DNA from: Candidatus Eiseniibacteriota bacterium
GTDB taxonomy: Bacteria; Eisenbacteria; RBG-16-71-46
Direction of reading: 5' to 3'
DNA length: 64,000 bases
Assembly: GCA_963725865.1 (NCBI GenBank)
Contig: CAVSAC010000014.1
Span: forward strand, 1 to 64,000
Part shown: positions 43,137 to 54,565 of the stretch, piece after piece
Layout: each line of letters starts with the position of its first letter
Numbering within the stretch: position 1 is the stretch's first letter
The notes under the pieces: generated by a model
What the model saw: only the letters and a program-made list of their open reading frames with translations
Told to the model about the DNA's origin: nothing
The model's database searches: none
Position numbers and translations under genes: made by a program

Positions 43137-43190
43137 ATGTACCTGGCTTGGCGGTAAGCCGCTTGCCACTGCCACGGCGCGAGGACTGTC

Positions 43191-43858
43191 GTGAACATCA
43201 ATTCACATAAGTCATGGCACTCGTCAGTTCGCGCGGTCGGGATAAGGGACGCGATCGTAGGCGCCGTGGCGCTCGCGTTCTGGCTTTTTCCCGCTGTTGC
43301 ATGGGCCCAGCAACACGACCGCACCGGGAAGGACATCGTCGAGACGTCGTGCATTGCGTGCCACGGCACGGGCGCAAACGGGGCGCCGAAGATCGGCGAC
43401 AAGAAAGCGTGGGAGAAGCGCGCGGCGCAGGGACTGACTGGCCTTGACCAAGAACGCGCTGTCCGGGCTCCGGCAGATGCCCTCCCACGGCGGCAATCCC
43501 GAATCTCAGCGACACGGAAATCGAGCGTGCCATCACCTACATGGTCAATCAGTCCGGTGGCCACTGGACCGAGCCGATCAGCAGGACGGAGCGGACGGCC
43601 GATCGCACCGGCGAGCAGATCTACCAGGCGCAGTGCCACAAGTGCCACGAGACGGGCGTCGGCGGGGCACCGAAGATCGGCGACCGTGCCGCCTGGATAC
43701 CACGGGTCAAGCAGGGCCTCGATGTCGTGGTCCGGTCGGCAATCAAGGGGCATGGGGCCATGCCGCCACGCGGCGGCATGGCCGATCTCACCGACGCCGA
43801 GATGCGGAGTGCGGTCGTCTACATGTTCAACTACGGTACGACGCCGGCGAAGAAGTGA
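43191..43858 (+). CDS. Diheme cytochrome c5-like protein (frameshifts)
   Basis: CIACHGTGANGAPKIGD...MPSHGG and CHKCHETGVGGAPKIGD...MPPRGG. Confidence 0.88.
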
Positions 43859-43968
43859 CGTACGTCGCCGCGATTCGGTTTCTGAACCTGATTCGTGTCC
43901 GCGGCCGGACGGGGGGTCGGTCGGATCGAGACTCCCTGAAGTCCAGGGCTGAAGAGTGAGTGGGTGCC

Positions 43969-44400
43969 ATGCTCGATGAGCCCGTCAAGAGCGTCATGCA
44001 GCGCGGGAAAGTACTCAAAGCCTCCCCGGCGACCTCCGTCAGCGAAGCCGCCGTGCTCATGGCAAAGAAGAACGTCGGCGCAGTCATGGTCATCGAGAAC
44101 GAGTGCCTCGTCGGCATCTTCACCGAACGCGACGCGGTGTTTCGCGTCATGGCGCGCGGGCTGGACGCCCGGACGACGCAGCTCGCCGACGTGATGACCT
44201 CCGCACCGCATACGATCGAACCGAACAAGCCCTTCGGATACGCGTTGACGATAATGTACGAGAACGGCTTTCGCCACCTGCCCGTCATCGAGAACGGCAA
44301 GCCCATCGGAATCGTCTCCGCTCGCAGCGCGATGGATCCGGACCTCGAGGATTTCGTGTCCGAGGCGCGGCGGCGAACCTATTATCGGAAAGGACGATAG
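43969..44400 (+). CDS. CBS-domain protein
   Basis: VGAVMV, LVGIFTERD, DVMT, FRHLPV, GIVSAR. Confidence 0.9.
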   Translation: MLDEPVKSVMQRGKVLKASPATSVSEAAVLMAKKNVGAVMVIENECLVGIFTERDAVFRVMARGLDARTTQLADVMTSAPHTIEPNKPFGYALTIMYENGFRHLPVIENGKPIGIVSARSAMDPDLEDFVSEARRRTYYRKGR

Positions 44401-44404
44401 GCCC

Positions 44405-45007
44405 ATGGCCGAAGCGACCCCGAAGCAATCCGCTGTGAGCCGGCTGCGCGACTTTCTCTTCCGGCCGTCGAGCCTGTCGCTCGTCTCCGTCGTGGCGATC
44501 GGAATGATTTCGGGCCTCATATTCTGGGGCGGATTCAACACGGGGATGGAGGCTACGAACCAGCTCGGGTTCTGCACGTCGTGCCACGAGATGCGCGACA
44601 CGGTGTTCCAGGAGTACAAGGAAACCATCCACTACAGGAACCGCTCGGGTGTGCGCGCGATCTGTTCCGACTGTCACGTGTCCAAGGATTGGGTGCACAA
44701 GTTCGTGCGCAAGATCCAGGCGAGCCAGGAGCTCTACGGAAAATTCGTGACGGGATCGATTGCGACACCAGAGAAGTTCGAGGCGAAGCGCATGGAGTTG
44801 GCGCAACACGTCTGGGCGACGATGAAGGCCAACGACTCGCACGAATGCCGCAACTGCCACTCCTGGGAAGCCATGGATCCGCACAAGCAGTCGCCGCGGG
44901 CCAGCGCCAAGATGGAGAAGGCGCAGAAGGAAGGCAAGACGTGCATCGACTGCCACAAGGGCATCGCGCATCTGCTGCCGAAGGAATACAACGAGGACGA
45001 GGAGTGA
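44405..45007 (+). CDS. NapC/NirT/CymA-family tetraheme quinol oxidoreductase
   Basis: N-terminal TM; CTSCHEM, CSDCH, CRNCH, CIDCHKGIAH. Confidence 0.95.
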   Translation: MAEATPKQSAVSRLRDFLFRPSSLSLVSVVAIGMISGLIFWGGFNTGMEATNQLGFCTSCHEMRDTVFQEYKETIHYRNRSGVRAICSDCHVSKDWVHKFVRKIQASQELYGKFVTGSIATPEKFEAKRMELAQHVWATMKANDSHECRNCHSWEAMDPHKQSPRASAKMEKAQKEGKTCIDCHKGIAHLLPKEYNEDEE

Positions 45008-45046
45008 CATGCGGCGGGCCGCGGATTCGATCAGCGGGAGAAGGTG

Positions 45047-45181
45047 ATGTCAACGTTCATCTGGACCACGTTCGCCGTGGGTACGATGGTGGGAATATTC
45101 GCGGCGTGCGTAATCGTCGTTGCCGTGGGCGTGCGGGTGCTGGAAGGTGCGCTCGCCAAGCGGCGCAGGGGACGGGCGTGA
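45047..45181 (+). CDS. 44-aa single-transmembrane small protein
   Basis: RBS gggagaagg; MSTFIWTTFAVGTMVGIFAACVIVVAVGVRVLEGALAKRRRGRA; hydrophobic helix then basic tail. Confidence 0.55.
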   Translation: MSTFIWTTFAVGTMVGIFAACVIVVAVGVRVLEGALAKRRRGRA

Positions 45182-45238
45182 GGCCTGCGCCGGCGCCGCC
45201 GCGCTTGGCCACGTCACTCTGTATCTATTGAGGCCATC

Positions 45239-45880
45239 GTGAACCGGGGCTCGCGATCCTGCCGCATCGTTCCGATCGGAGTGCTGGCGCTGATCGCCGG
45301 GATCCTTATGTTTCCCCCCGAGGCCGCGGCGCTCGACGTGATCGCGGCGCAGACGCTCGCGCGCCAGAGCCGGTGCCTCGAATGTCATACGGTCTACCAG
45401 AAGAAGATCGGGCCGGCGTGGAAGGACGTTGCGAGCAAGTACCACGGCGAGCCCGACGCCGAACAGCGGCTCTACAAGCACATCACGACCGGCCGCAAGG
45501 CGAAGTTCGACGACGGTCACCAGGAAGATCACCCGATCGTCAAGACGAGCGATGCGAGCCGGATCAGGAATCTCGTGGACTGGATACTGGCGCTCCCGGT
45601 CGCCGCTCCGGTCGACGTCGAGGCGGCGGAGACGCTCGCCGGCCAGAGCGGCTGCCTCAAATGCCACGGGGTCGGCGTGAAGAGGGTGGGCCCGGCGTGG
45701 AAGGACGTCGCGATCAAGTACTTGGGTAGCCTCGGGGCAGAGGACAAGCTTTACAAGCACGTCACGACCGGGCGCAAGGCCAAATTCGACGATGGCCACG
45801 AAGAAAATCATCCGATCGTCAAGACCCGCGACCCCGATCGGATCAACAACCTCGTGAACTGGATACTGTCGCTCAGGTAG
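45239..45880 (+). CDS. Tandem two-domain MtoD-like diheme cytochrome c
   Basis: CLECH...KFDDGHQEDHP...NLVDWILAL followed by CLKCH...KFDDGHEENHP...NLVNWILSL in one open frame. Confidence 0.88.
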   Translation: MNRGSRSCRIVPIGVLALIAGILMFPPEAAALDVIAAQTLARQSRCLECHTVYQKKIGPAWKDVASKYHGEPDAEQRLYKHITTGRKAKFDDGHQEDHPIVKTSDASRIRNLVDWILALPVAAPVDVEAAETLAGQSGCLKCHGVGVKRVGPAWKDVAIKYLGSLGAEDKLYKHVTTGRKAKFDDGHEENHPIVKTRDPDRINNLVNWILSLR

Positions 45881-46072
45881 TCGCGCGACGCGGCGCTCGG
45901 TAGGACGGACGATGGGCGAATCAGCTGCATGCCCGGCGCCGCGAGCGGGGTACAACCCCCCCGGCCGGGCCGCCCGCAGCCTTGGCCGGCGGTCGGCACC
46001 CGCCGGCCTCTCCCCCCGGGGGCGGGGTTTGTTGGCTTTTTCCAACACGAGTTCCCCGGCAATTCAATTACC

Positions 46073-46086
46073 TTGACCTGGATCAG
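46073..46086. promoter_or_regulatory. FNR-like box
   Basis: TTGAC ctgg ATCAG (8/10 to TTGAT-N4-ATCAA). Confidence 0.55.
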
Positions 46087-46251
46087 ACCGGCGGCCTGAC
46101 GACGGTCAGAAACTCGCCCTTATTTTCCGAAATACCCCCATTGCGCAGCAGGATTCTGGTGGCCGCGCTGCATGGGACGGCACATCGGCGAAATCGCCGC
46201 TTCGAAAGAAGGCCCCCGAAGGTTTCGGGCCGGGCGGGGAAGTTCCCCCGC

Positions 46252-46266
46252 GCGACGAAATGTCGC
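46252..46266. promoter_or_regulatory. RegA/PrrA-like box
   Basis: GCGAC gaaat GTCGC, about 70 bp upstream of mtoA copy 1. Confidence 0.6.
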
Positions 46267-46333
46267 AGCAGGGCGGACACGCAGGGCAACTACCATGGGT
46301 GCGGCATAAGCAGCAAAACAAAGGAGAGTGGAC

Positions 46334-47368
46334 ATGCGATTGAATTCGGCTAAGGCAGGCTGGTGGCTCGCCCTCCTGACCGCCTCGATGTTCGCCGGCC
46401 ACGCGCTGGCTCAGACCAAGTCCGCCAGCGCTGGCCCGGTCGCGCCGGTGTGCGCGAACTGCCACGAGGCGCAGTGGAACGCGATCGACCTCTCGGCGCA
46501 CGGCGCGAAGAACGACGCCAACGGCAGCATGTGCCAGAACTGTCACGGCGACGCCACGGAGCACCTCAAGGATCCGATGAAGGCGAAGCCGCCCAACCCG
46601 TTCGGCAAGGGCCACACGGCCAACGAGCGGACGACGGTCTGCCTCACCTGCCACTCGGGCAACCGCAATCTCGCGTTCTGGAGCTCGGGCAAGCACCAGC
46701 TGAACGAAGTGACGTGCGCCAACTGCCACAGCATCCACGGGCAAAAGCTGCTCCCGAGCTACAACGGGCTCAATCCGCCGGACAAGTCGCCGACGATCAA
46801 CAAGTTCACGACGACGTTCCTGCCCAACCAGGCGGAGATCTGCTGGCAGTGCCACCAGCCGATCCGCGCGGCGAACTTCAAGCCGTCGCATCACCCGATC
46901 ATCGAAGGCAAGGTCAAGTGCTCCGACTGCCACAACCCGCACGGCGCGATCACGCCGGCGATGCTGAAGCAGCCGACGATCAACGACCAGTGCTACTCGT
47001 GCCACGCCGACAAGCGCGGTCCGTACGTGTTCAACCACCCGCCGGTCGAGGAGAACTGCGTGACCTGCCACAACCCGCACGGCTCGGTCCACGCGAGGCT
47101 CCTGAACGAGTCCGCGCCGAACCTGTGCCAGGACTGCCACGACGGGTCGCGGCACCCCGGCACGGTCTACGGCGCCGCCGGCGCCTTCAACTGCCAGCCG
47201 GGCGACACGTCCGCGACGAGCGGGACGCTGAGCTGCCCGCCGAGCAGGACCGGACAGCCCAATCCGGGCGTGAACAACCGCCTCGTGACCCGCGCGTGCA
47301 ACAACTGCCACACCGCGATCCACGGCTCGAACGCGCCGGGTAACCGTGGCAAGTTCTTCACGCGATAA
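46334..47368 (+). CDS. mtoA: DmsE/MtrA/MtoA-family decaheme cytochrome c, copy 1
   Basis: Ten CxxCH (CANCH, CQNCH, CLTCH, CANCH, CWQCH, CSDCH, CYSCH, CVTCH, CQDCH, CNNCH); SHHPIIEGK, KRGP, IHGSN. Confidence 0.93.
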   Translation: MRLNSAKAGWWLALLTASMFAGHALAQTKSASAGPVAPVCANCHEAQWNAIDLSAHGAKNDANGSMCQNCHGDATEHLKDPMKAKPPNPFGKGHTANERTTVCLTCHSGNRNLAFWSSGKHQLNEVTCANCHSIHGQKLLPSYNGLNPPDKSPTINKFTTTFLPNQAEICWQCHQPIRAANFKPSHHPIIEGKVKCSDCHNPHGAITPAMLKQPTINDQCYSCHADKRGPYVFNHPPVEENCVTCHNPHGSVHARLLNESAPNLCQDCHDGSRHPGTVYGAAGAFNCQPGDTSATSGTLSCPPSRTGQPNPGVNNRLVTRACNNCHTAIHGSNAPGNRGKFFTR

Positions 47369-47380
47369 GGGGAGACCAAA

Positions 47381-50212
47381 ATGAGCAAGAAGCTGCTTTC
47401 CGCCCTCATCGCCAGCCTGTTCGCCGCCGCGCCCGCGTTCGGCCAGAGCGCTGACGACCCGATGCGCGTCCAGGGCACCGCCACCCTCGGCGGCATCCAC
47501 AACAACACGAGCGCGACCGACAACGCGCAGCTCGAGCTGTACCAGGACCTCGGCAACGGCGTGATGTCGAACGTCGGCGTCCAGGGGCGCAACAGCACGA
47601 CGTGGTTCCAGGGCTACGGCGAGAACTTCGGCCGCGGCGACCAGTACATGTTCCTGCGCGGCGGCATGTACGACGTGTTCAAGTCGGGGGTGTACCTCAA
47701 CGACATCCCGCGCACGTTCTCGTCGTCCGCCTACACGCCTTTCGTCGGCAGCGGGACCAACCTGCTGACGGCGACATTCCCGCTGGCCGCGCTGCCGACG
47801 AACCCGCCGACGGGCAGCAGCTGGAACTTCTTCCGGCTGGGCTACGACCGCCGCGACGTGGGCGGCTACGCGGAGTGGCAGAAGAACAGCCCGTGGTACT
47901 TCCGGGCCGACGCCAACCAGGTCAAGTTCAGCGGCACCCGGCCCGGCTCCGGCGCCAACGGCACGAGCCCGGGCAACGGCTACACCGACCTCGCGATCCC
48001 GCAGGACTTTACGACGAACAACTGGGGCGTCGAGGGCGGCTACCAGTCGGGCAAGATGACGTTCTCGGTGCGCTGGGACTACAGCCAGTTCGAGAACGGG
48101 AACGAGACCCTGAAGTGGACCAACCCGTTCTTCGTCGGCCCGAGCGTCGGCGGGGTCGCGACGCCCAGCAACCTGCTCGACACGACGTACCTCGCGCCGG
48201 GCAACACGTTCAACAAGTTCACGCTCTCCGGCAACTACCGCGACCTGCCGTGGCAGTCGGTGGTTTCGGCGCGCTACACGTGGGCGAAGACGACGAGCGA
48301 CACGCCGCTCGCGCCTGACGGCGCTCAACACCAACGGCGTCTACGCCAACACGCTGCCGGACGAGACCAACTTCAACGGCGAGAACATCAACCAGTCGTT
48401 CCAGCTGGCGTGGACCGCGATGCCGGCGGCGAATTGGAACACGCGCGCCTACTACTACTGGACGAAGCTCGACAACAAGTCGGACCTGGTCGAGTTCGGC
48501 AACGCGCCGGCGACGCCGCTCGCGTCGGGCCTGGGCTGCGGCAACCTCGTCGTGGCCGGCATACCGACGCAGACGGTCGGCAACTGCGACAACGAGCTCT
48601 ACAACTACACGAAGAACAACGCCGGCTTCGACGCGTGGTGGAAGTTCGCGCCCGGCAACCGGCTGGGCTTCGGCTACGACTACCTCAACATCGACCAGAC
48701 GCGCGTCGACTACGACAAGTCGCACACGAACAAGCTGTGGGCCGAGTACAAGAACACGATGTTCGACACGGTGTCCGGCCGGCTCAAGTACCAGTACCTG
48801 AAGCGCGACTCGACGCTCAACTTCAGCAACGATCCGCTTCCCAACGGCGGCGCGAACAACCCGAACTACCTGCTGCCGTACACGTCCGCGTTCGACCTGC
48901 AGAGCAACACCACGAACCTGGTGAAGCTGACCCTCGACTGGACCCCGATGATGAACGTCGGCCTGTCGTTCGAGGGCAACTGGGCCAAGGTCGATTTCGA
49001 CGACGTGACCTACGGCCGCACCGAGTCCGACCGGCAGGGCTACTTCCTGAGCGGCTACTGGAACGCGTCCGGCAGCGTGAAGCTGAACGCCTTCGGCAGC
49101 TGGGAGCAGGCGAAGTATCCGTCGAACCATCGCTACATCGGCACGGTTGGCGGCGCGGCACGGCCCGAACAACCCGCCGTCCGGCTACTGCACGACCACC
49201 AACCCGAACTGCTACGACCCGTTCGCCGCGCCGGTCGCCAACAGCTCCTACAACTGGAGCTCGCAGACCAAGGACAAGACGTGGATGTTCGGGGTCGGCG
49301 CCGACTGGCAGGCGATGGACGCGCTCAAGCTGACGGGTTCGTACCTGTACATCAACGAACGAGGGCACCGCGACGTTCGGCGTGCAGAACAACATCGCGA
49401 TCTCGCCGACGCCGCTTCCGATCGACAACTTCGACAACAGCAAGCAGCAGTACATCAACCTGAAGGGCATCTGGAGCCTCAACCGGAACTGGTCGTTCAC
49501 CGGCGGCTACTCGTACCTGAAGTACACCCACAACGACATCGCCACCGACGGATACCAGTACGCGCTGCCGATCGTCACGAACAGCGGCGCCGGCGGCGTC
49601 GTCCCGAACAACCCGAAGAGCACGTCGCTCAGCTACCTGAACGGCTACGACGCGTACACGGACGGTCACTCGAACATCTTCTACCTGCACGGTGACCTAC
49701 AAGTTCGACGCGCCGCCGCTGCCGGCTGCCGCCGATGAAGGTCGCGGCAGCGCCGCCGGCGCCGGTCGTGCGGCCGGCCGCCGCCGCCCCCGCCGCCGCC
49801 CCCGCCGCCGCCGCCGCCGGCCCGCAGGTGCAGAAGATCACGCTCGACTCGAAGGTGCTGTTCGACTTCGACAAGGCGGATCTGAAGCCCGAAGGGAAGG
49901 CGGCGATCGACAGCCAGGTCGTCGGCAAGCTCGGCGCAGATCCAGAAGCTCGAAGTCGTCCTGGTGACGGGTCACACCGACCGCCTCGGCTCGGACGCCT
50001 ACAACCAGAAGCTGTCGCAGCGTCGCGCGCGACGCGGTGCGCGACTATCTCGTCAGCAAGGGCGTGGACAAGGACGAAGATCGAGACGATCGGGATGGGC
50101 GAGAAGCAGCCGGTCGTGCAGTGCGATCAGAAGAACCATGAAGGCGCTGATCGAGTGCCTGCAGCCCAACCGCCGCGTGGACGTGCAGGTCAAGGGCGAG
50201 TCGACGAAGTAG
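47381..50212 (+). CDS. mtoB: MtrB/MtoB/PioB-family outer-membrane beta-barrel fused to a C-terminal OmpA domain, copy 1 (frameshifts)
   Basis: Follows the decaheme gene; signal peptide; aromatic-rich strands; last strand VTYKF continues into a Pro/Ala linker, then VLFDFDKA, TGHTDRLGSDAYNQKLS, QPNRRV. Confidence 0.85.
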
Positions 50213-50235
50213 TCACCTCGCAGGCATGCCTCGAG

Positions 50236-50263
50236 AGCCCCGCCTCGCGCGGGGCTTTTTCTT
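50236..50263 (+). terminator. Intrinsic terminator
   Basis: agccccgc-ctcgc-gcggggct followed by ttttctt. Confidence 0.8.
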
Positions 50264-50375
50264 GGGTGGCCGATGCCGGACGGCGACGTTCGCGACGTCG
50301 CGATGCCGATGCGCCGATTCGGCGCGGGAACGCACGGCCTCGATCGACGCGGGAAGGCACGGCCGTGATTTGCCC

Positions 50376-50390
50376 GCGACATTCGGTCGC
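50376..50390. promoter_or_regulatory. RegA/PrrA-like box
   Basis: GCGAC attcg GTCGC. Confidence 0.55.
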
Positions 50391-50482
50391 GTTCCCGATG
50401 CGGAGGGTGTGTAACAGAAAGGATTCCACGGTGTGCGGAATCCACAACACGCCATCGCCGAATCGCGATTTGCCCGGATTGA

Positions 50483-50496
50483 TTGACGTCCGTCAA
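50483..50496. promoter_or_regulatory. FNR/CRP-family box
   Basis: TTGAC gtcc GTCAA upstream of mtoA copy 2. Confidence 0.7.
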
Positions 50497-50708
50497 ATTG
50501 CCGATCGGCCTCCGGGAGCGCAATGGGAACCATAGGGCGAGTGCAATGCCGCGCGCGCATCCCGCGGTCGACGCGCAGCAGGAACTGCTTCGGGGCAGTG
50601 CGGCGCCCGTCACCAGTGCAGGGCCTCTGCGTCGGCAGCAAAACGAAGTTGCCGTTCCGGAATCCGGTCTTCGAATCCTGCATCAACTCCCAACGGAAGA
50701 GGTGGTCC

Positions 50709-51678
50709 ATGCTATCCAAGAACCTCAAGGTCGCAGGCTGGCTGATGGCCGCGCTCGCAGCGTTCCTCGCGCTGCCTGCCGTTGCGCAGGGGCAGAAGGC
50801 CGCGGCTGGCCGTGCCGGTCTGCGTCAACTGCCACGAGAGGCAAACTGCGTCGATCCTGCTGACCGCGCACGGGGCGCAGAACGACGCGAACGGTAGCGC
50901 GTGCCAGAGCCTGCCACGGCGACGCGACGCTCGCACCTGAAGGACCCGTCCAAGGTCAAGCCCGACGAGCGCGCTCGACGTCCAAGACCGCCGACCGCGG
51001 CCGAAAAGTCGGCGGTGTGCCTCAACTGCCACGGCGGCCAGCGGGCAGCTCGAGCACTGGTCCGATCGCCAAGCACCGCAAGGTCGACGTGACGTGCGTC
51101 GAACTGCCACTCGATCCACGGCACGCAGTCGGCGAGCAACAACAAGGAGATCAGGGGTGCGCAGTTCGCGGCCGCGCCGTACACGACGACCGTGCGCCAG
51201 CTCGTCTACAAGCGGTGCATCGAGTGCCACCGCGACGTCCGCGGCGAGATACTCAAGCCCTCGCACCACCCGATCATCGAAGGCAAGGTCTTCTGCCAGG
51301 ACTGCCACGACCCGCACGGTTCGCTGCAGAAGGCGAGCCTGACGAACGAGTCCGTCAGCGACCTGTGCCTCACCTGCCACACCGACAAGCGCGGTCCGTG
51401 GATCCACGAGCATCCCCCGGTCGAGGAGAACTGCGCGATCTGCCACACGCCGCACGGCTCGTCGCACAAGGGCGCTGCTTGCGCAGAAGCCGCCGGCGCT
51501 GTGCGCCGACTGCCACGCGAACGGCCACACGCACGGCATCTACGACGGACGCGGGACGCTGCCCGGGGTGCTGCCGTCGAACATCCGCTTCGAAAGCAGC
51601 GGCTGCGTCAATTGCCATCGGCAGATCCACGGCAGCAACGCGCCGTCATCCGCCTACGGCGAATTCTTCCTCCGCTGA
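50709..51678 (+). CDS. mtoA: DmsE/MtrA/MtoA-family decaheme cytochrome c, copy 2 (frameshifts)
   Basis: Ten heme motifs reconstructable (CVNCH, CQxCH, CLNCH, CxNCH, CIECH, CQDCH, CLTCH, CAICH, CADCH, CVNCH); SHHPIIEGK, IHGSN. Confidence 0.88.
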
Positions 51679-51693
51679 GACCAGGGGACGATC

Positions 51694-54542
51694 ATGAGAG
51701 TCAAACTTATTGCCTTAGTCGTGGCCGGCCTGTTCGCGCAGAGCGCGCAAGCCGACGATAACTTCCTGTGGGGCGGATCCATCGACGTCGGCGGACGCGG
51801 CACGAACGTCGACGGTGCCAACCGCAACGGCGCGTACGGCAACACCGCCCCGCTGTCGACCACCAACCCGCTGACGCCGTTCACCGGCCCGGTCGACGAC
51901 GCGAAGGCGAAGGAGTACCAGGACATCGACAGCGCCGCCGATCGGCGTGTTCGACATCCGTGGCGGCAGCAAGCGCGTACTACCTGCGTGCGTTCGGCGA
52001 GGAGTTGGGACGCGACGACCAGTTCATCAACATCGTCGGCGGCGGCTACGAAGCCTGGAAGGCCTCGGTCTACAGCAACAACATCCCGCACAACTACTCG
52101 TTCAACGCTCTGTCGCCCCTGAGCAACGCGAACGGCGGCCTGCTGCAGGTCGGCCCCGGCCTCCCCTATCCGCCGGCCCAGAACCCGGCACTGTGGAACA
52201 CGTTCCAGTACGGCACCCAGCGCAACACAGTGGGCGGCAACCTCGAGCTCTCGCTCAAGTCGCCGTGGTTCATCCGCGCCGACTACAACGAGGTGCAGAC
52301 GGGCGGCGTCAAGCCGGGGTCCGCTCAGCTCGGGACGGGCTCGGGCAATGGCCTGATCGAGCTCGGCGTGCCGGTCGACTACAAGACGAAGAATGCGCTC
52401 GTCGAGGGCGGCTACAACAGCAAGCAGTACGGGTTCAAGCTCTCCTACATCGACTCGAAGTTCACCAACGGCAACGATTCGATGCAGTGGACGAACTTCT
52501 ACATGCGCAGCGGGCTGGACGCTTCGCTGCTGCCGCCGGACAACGAACTCAAGAAGTGGAACATCAGCGGGTACATCAAGCAGCTGCCGTGGGACTCGGC
52601 GATCATCGCGCGCTTCACGCAGAGCAAGCAGACGAGCAACGTGGGCCTCACGGACCCGCTCTGGACGTCGAGCCTCAAGCCGACGGGCAATACCCCCACC
52701 GGCCAGGCGATCCCGCCCGGCGTGGGTTACCTGCTGACGCAGCCGTTTGACTCCGCGACGAACCAGAACCTGACGAACTTCAACGGCGAGATCAAGACGA
52801 ACACCGCCAACGTCGCGTGGAACGCGAGCCCGATGGCGCAGCTCGACACGCGGGTCTACTACGAGTACTACGACAAGCAGAACAACTCGACGATCCGTCT
52901 CGTACCGGCAGGGCAGCCAGGGCACAAGCTGCGCGACCCCGCCCGTGAACAGCGCGACGTGCTTCCAGATCCCGTCTCTGGTCGAGGAGGGCGGAGAGGC
53001 ATTCTCGTACACGAAGAACAGTGGCCGGGTTCGACGCGAAGTGGTCGTTCGACCGCGCCAACAAGCTGCTGGGCGGGTACGACTGGGAGAGCATCAAGCG
53101 CAACGACTACGAACTAAGCGGACTTGAGGTGCCCAAGTCCGACGGCAACCGCCTCTGGATCGAGTACCGCAACACCGCGTGGGAGAACCTGACCGGCCGG
53201 CTGAAGTACGACTTCCTGCAGCAGCGCTCCGACCTGATCAACACCAATCCGCCGACCAGCGTCTCGGCCTACTACACGGCCTACAACGTCAACAACTTCG
53301 ACCGCAACACGGTCAAGCTGAACGTCGACTGGACGCCGATGCCGATGCTGCTGATCGGCGTGGGCGCGACCTGGCGCGACACCGATTACAAGGACAACTT
53401 CTACGGGCGCACGAAGGACAAGAGCCAGCAGTACGACGCGACCGCGTCGTGGGGTGACGACAAGCTGCGGATCACCGCCATCGGCAACTGGGGCAAGATC
53501 GAGTACAACCAGGGGTACCGGGTGGTCGGCAGCCTCACCGCCACTCCTCCGACCTTCACCGGGGCTCTGCCGAGCGACCCGCAGAACAACGTCAATTACA
53601 ACTGGAGCACGGTCGAACACGCAGGACGGCTGGATGGGCGCCGCGCTGGTCGACTGGGCGGCGTCCGACAAGCTGATGCTGACCGCGTCGTACACCTACC
53701 AGAAGACCGGGGGCGGACTCGACTTCACGTCGGGCAATACGCAGGCCGGCGGCGGCTACCTCGGCGGCCCGCTCGTCAACTACAGCACCGACAACACGAA
53801 GCTGCAGCGGTTCCAGATCAAGGGGACCTACGACTACAACAAGAAGTGGTCGTTCAATGGCGGGTACGCGTACGAGAAGTACGACTACACCGACGGCCAG
53901 ATGGCGGGCTACGGCGAGCTACTACCCGTACTTCCAGAACCTGAACACGGCGGCCGTCGGATCGAACTACTCGTGGTTCAGCGGCGCGTTCGCCAACCCG
54001 AGCTACACGACCAACCTGTTCTGGCTGACGGTGACCTACAAGTTCGACCCGCCACCGCAGGTGTACGTCGCGCCGAGGCTCGCCGAAGCGCCGAAGCCGG
54101 TGGTTGCGCCGCCCGCCGCCGCCGCCCCCGCCCGCGCCGCCGCCTCCGCCGGCCCCGCAGGTGCAGAAGATCACGCTCGACTCGAAGGTGCTGTTCGACT
54201 TCGACAAGGCGGTCCTGACGCCCGAAGGGAAGGCGGCGATCGACAGCCAGGTCGTGACCAAGCTCGCGCAGGTCCAGAAGCTCGAGGTCGTCATCGTGAC
54301 GGGGCACACCGATCGCCTGGGCACGGACGCCTACAACCAGAAGCTGTCGGACGAACGGGCGGCGGCGGTGGGCGAGCTATCTCGCCAGCAAGGGTGTGGA
54401 CAAGGCGAAGATCCAGACCATCGGGATGGGCGAGAAGCAGCCGGTCGTGCAGTGCAATCAGAAGAACCAGAAGGAACTGATCGCGTGCCTGCAGCCCAAT
54501 CGCCGGGTGGACGTGGAGGTCAGGGGCGAAGTCAGGAAGTAA
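51694..54542 (+). CDS. mtoB: MtrB/MtoB-family beta-barrel fused to a C-terminal OmpA domain, copy 2 (frameshifts)
   Basis: KEYQD, PVDY, LPPDNE, barrel end LTVTYKF continuing DPPPQVY into a poly-Pro linker, then VLFDFDKA, TGHTDRLGTDAYNQKLS, QPNRRV. Confidence 0.85.
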
Positions 54543-54565
54543 TCGCCTCGCAGCCGCAGCACGAG

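Noticed and set aside
49760..49825. CCG-type microsatellites here and at 54105-54155 as phase-variation tracts
   Set aside because: They are explained by poly-Pro linker codons; the length errors fit long-read noise.
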